DNA from: Histomonas meleagridis 2922-C6/04-290x
Lineage: Eukaryota > Protista > Parabasalia
NCBI GenBank assembly: GCA_020184695.1
Contig: JAANOX010000029.1
Coordinates: forward strand, 124,001 to 188,000
Reading direction: 5' to 3'
Length of the DNA: 64,000 nt
Position 1 is the stretch's first letter. Every line of letters begins with the position of its first letter. Shown here piece after piece: positions 62,673 to 64,000 of the stretch. A model generated the notes under the pieces. The model was not told where the DNA came from, searched no databases, and saw nothing but the letters and a program-made list of their open reading frames with translations. A program made the position numbers and the translations under genes.

Positions 62673-64000
62673 ATGGAGCAACAACTTCAGTCTCAGGCAT
62701 CATTAACTGCCCCATCAATGGAAGTGTTTGACTTTGCCATTGATAAGATCCACGACCCACGTAATGAGAAGATCACTCGTACCCAACTTCTCTCTGAACA
62801 TGCTGTAAGTTCATTTTTACTCGTATCTCTTTACCAAAAGCTTTATGGTCGTCACCTTAGAATTGAACACTCTCTTGGAGATGGTTTTTATTATATCGAT
62901 TCCACTGAAGAACCAATTACCGAGCAACAAATTGATGAAATTCGAAAGGAATTCACTCAACTTGTTAACAACGACACTCCTTTAGAGCTTAGCACTATGC
63001 CACGAGCAGAACTTATTAAATACTTCAAGTCAATCAAATGTCAAGATAAAGTCGGAGTTTTAAAGGCATGGCAAGATGCTAACATCCCAATCATTCGATG
63101 TGGAGAATTCCTTGATTATGTCATTGAACCCATGAGTACCGATAAAAACAGACTTACAATATTCGAAATCCGCAAATATGAACAAGGACTTCTTATGCGG
63201 CTTCCAACCATGCTTAATCCAACTTCTATCAAAGAGTACAAAGATCCTAAAGTCCTTCATGAGATGTTTAGTGAGTATGCCGCATGGGCCAAATTAACAA
63301 ATGTCGATTGTGTTTCCAAACTTAACAATGCAATCTATACTGGCGAAATCATGAAGATCAAATTAGTTGCCGAAGGTCTTCACGAAAAGAAGATCAGCAA
63401 AATTGCATCCAAATTATGTAAGAATTTCAACTCAAAGAGAGTTATTACAGTTGCAGGTCCATCATCCTCAAACAAGACAACATTTGCCAAGCGTTTAGAA
63501 ATCCAATTGAACGTCAATGGATATGAAGCAACAGTTATCGAAATGGACGATTACTTCCAAGACACCTGTAAAATCCCATTCGGAGAGGATGGGCTTCAAG
63601 ACTTCGAACATATCTCAGCCATGAACCTTGAACTTCTTGGACAAAGAGTTCATGAATTACTAGAAGGTAAATCAATCCCAAGAAGGAAGTTCAACTTCAA
63701 ACGTGGAGTCGGCGAAGATAATCCTAAGCAAAGGCTAAGGCTTAAGCCAAACGCATTTTTGATTCTTGAAGGAATTCATGGATTAAATCCTGAACTTCTT
63801 AAATGCCTTGGAACTAGTAATGTTACACCTATTTATGTCTCTGCTTTGACCCCGTTGAACATTGATTACAACCATAGGTTCCCGACAAGTGATTTAAGAT
63901 TGATAAGAAGAATTATCCGTGACCATCAATTCCGTGGCCAATCACCTAGGACAACAATTAGAAGATGGACAAGCGTTAGAGTTGGTGAAGAAAGGAATAT
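62673..64000 (+). CDS. Bacterial-type uridine/nucleoside kinase with an N-terminal ThrRS/AlaRS-like domain (3' end outside window)
   Basis: Open frame from ATG 62673 (TCACTT Inr upstream) to the window end: IEHSLGDGFYY, VAGPSSSNKTTFAKRL, MDDYF, ILEGIHGLNP, YVSALTPLNID.NRFPTSDLRLIRRIIRD..FRG. Confidence 0.9.
   Translation, partial: MEQQLQSQASLTAPSMEVFDFAIDKIHDPRNEKITRTQLLSEHAVSSFLLVSLYQKLYGRHLRIEHSLGDGFYYIDSTEEPITEQQIDEIRKEFTQLVNNDTPLELSTMPRAELIKYFKSIKCQDKVGVLKAWQDANIPIIRCGEFLDYVIEPMSTDKNRLTIFEIRKYEQGLLMRLPTMLNPTSIKEYKDPKVLHEMFSEYAAWAKLTNVDCVSKLNNAIYTGEIMKIKLVAEGLHEKKISKIASKLCKNFNSKRVITVAGPSSSNKTTFAKRLEIQLNVNGYEATVIEMDDYFQDTCKIPFGEDGLQDFEHISAMNLELLGQRVHELLEGKSIPRRKFNFKRGVGEDNPKQRLRLKPNAFLILEGIHGLNPELLKCLGTSNVTPIYVSALTPLNIDYNHRFPTSDLRLIRRIIRDHQFRGQSPRTTIRRWTSVRVGEERN

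Noticed and set aside
1-64000. Spliceosomal introns, tRNA, rRNA, snRNA and intact transposons (Maverick, mariner, Mutator)
   Set aside because: I saw no GT...ACTAACACACAG-type intron, tRNA/rRNA/snRNA signature, transposase/integrase ORF or long terminal inverted repeat by eye. Very short introns could have been missed.

Overview
AT-rich, gene-dense eukaryotic nuclear DNA, most likely from a parabasalid (trichomonad/tritrichomonad-like protist). This rests on BspA-type surface proteins, a Tim17-family protein, trichomonad-style core promoter motifs (Inr TCAYT, AAAGTGAC, M3 ACGGTT, M5 CCTTT), very short intergenic spacers and no recognisable introns. There are about 40 protein-coding genes. Many ORF-track starts are TTG/CTG and were moved to the likely ATG. 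Two genes absent from the track were found: RPL39 (57816-57971) and a bacterial-type uridine kinase that runs off the window end (62673-64000). Main hunt results: (1) three BspA paralogs share a stop-free N-terminal leader of 157/170/158 codons; (2) a membrane-protein gene, probably of bacterial origin, is split by one in-frame TGA; (3) a Rho GTPase needs a -1 frameshift at a C_CCA_AAA heptamer; (4) a 48-bp x9 tandem array is built from the tail-to-tail junction of two convergent genes; (5) a GGGGTACCCC palindrome recurs upstream of start codons; (6) a probably dead SAMHD1-like protein sits head-to-head with the uridine kinase; (7) divergent Med21, Hook and C1orf109/AIRIM candidates; (8) several ankyrin, BspA and kinase relics in intergenic DNA. 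All family assignments come from recalled motifs; no database search was run. I recognised no rRNA, tRNA, CRISPR array or intact mobile element.
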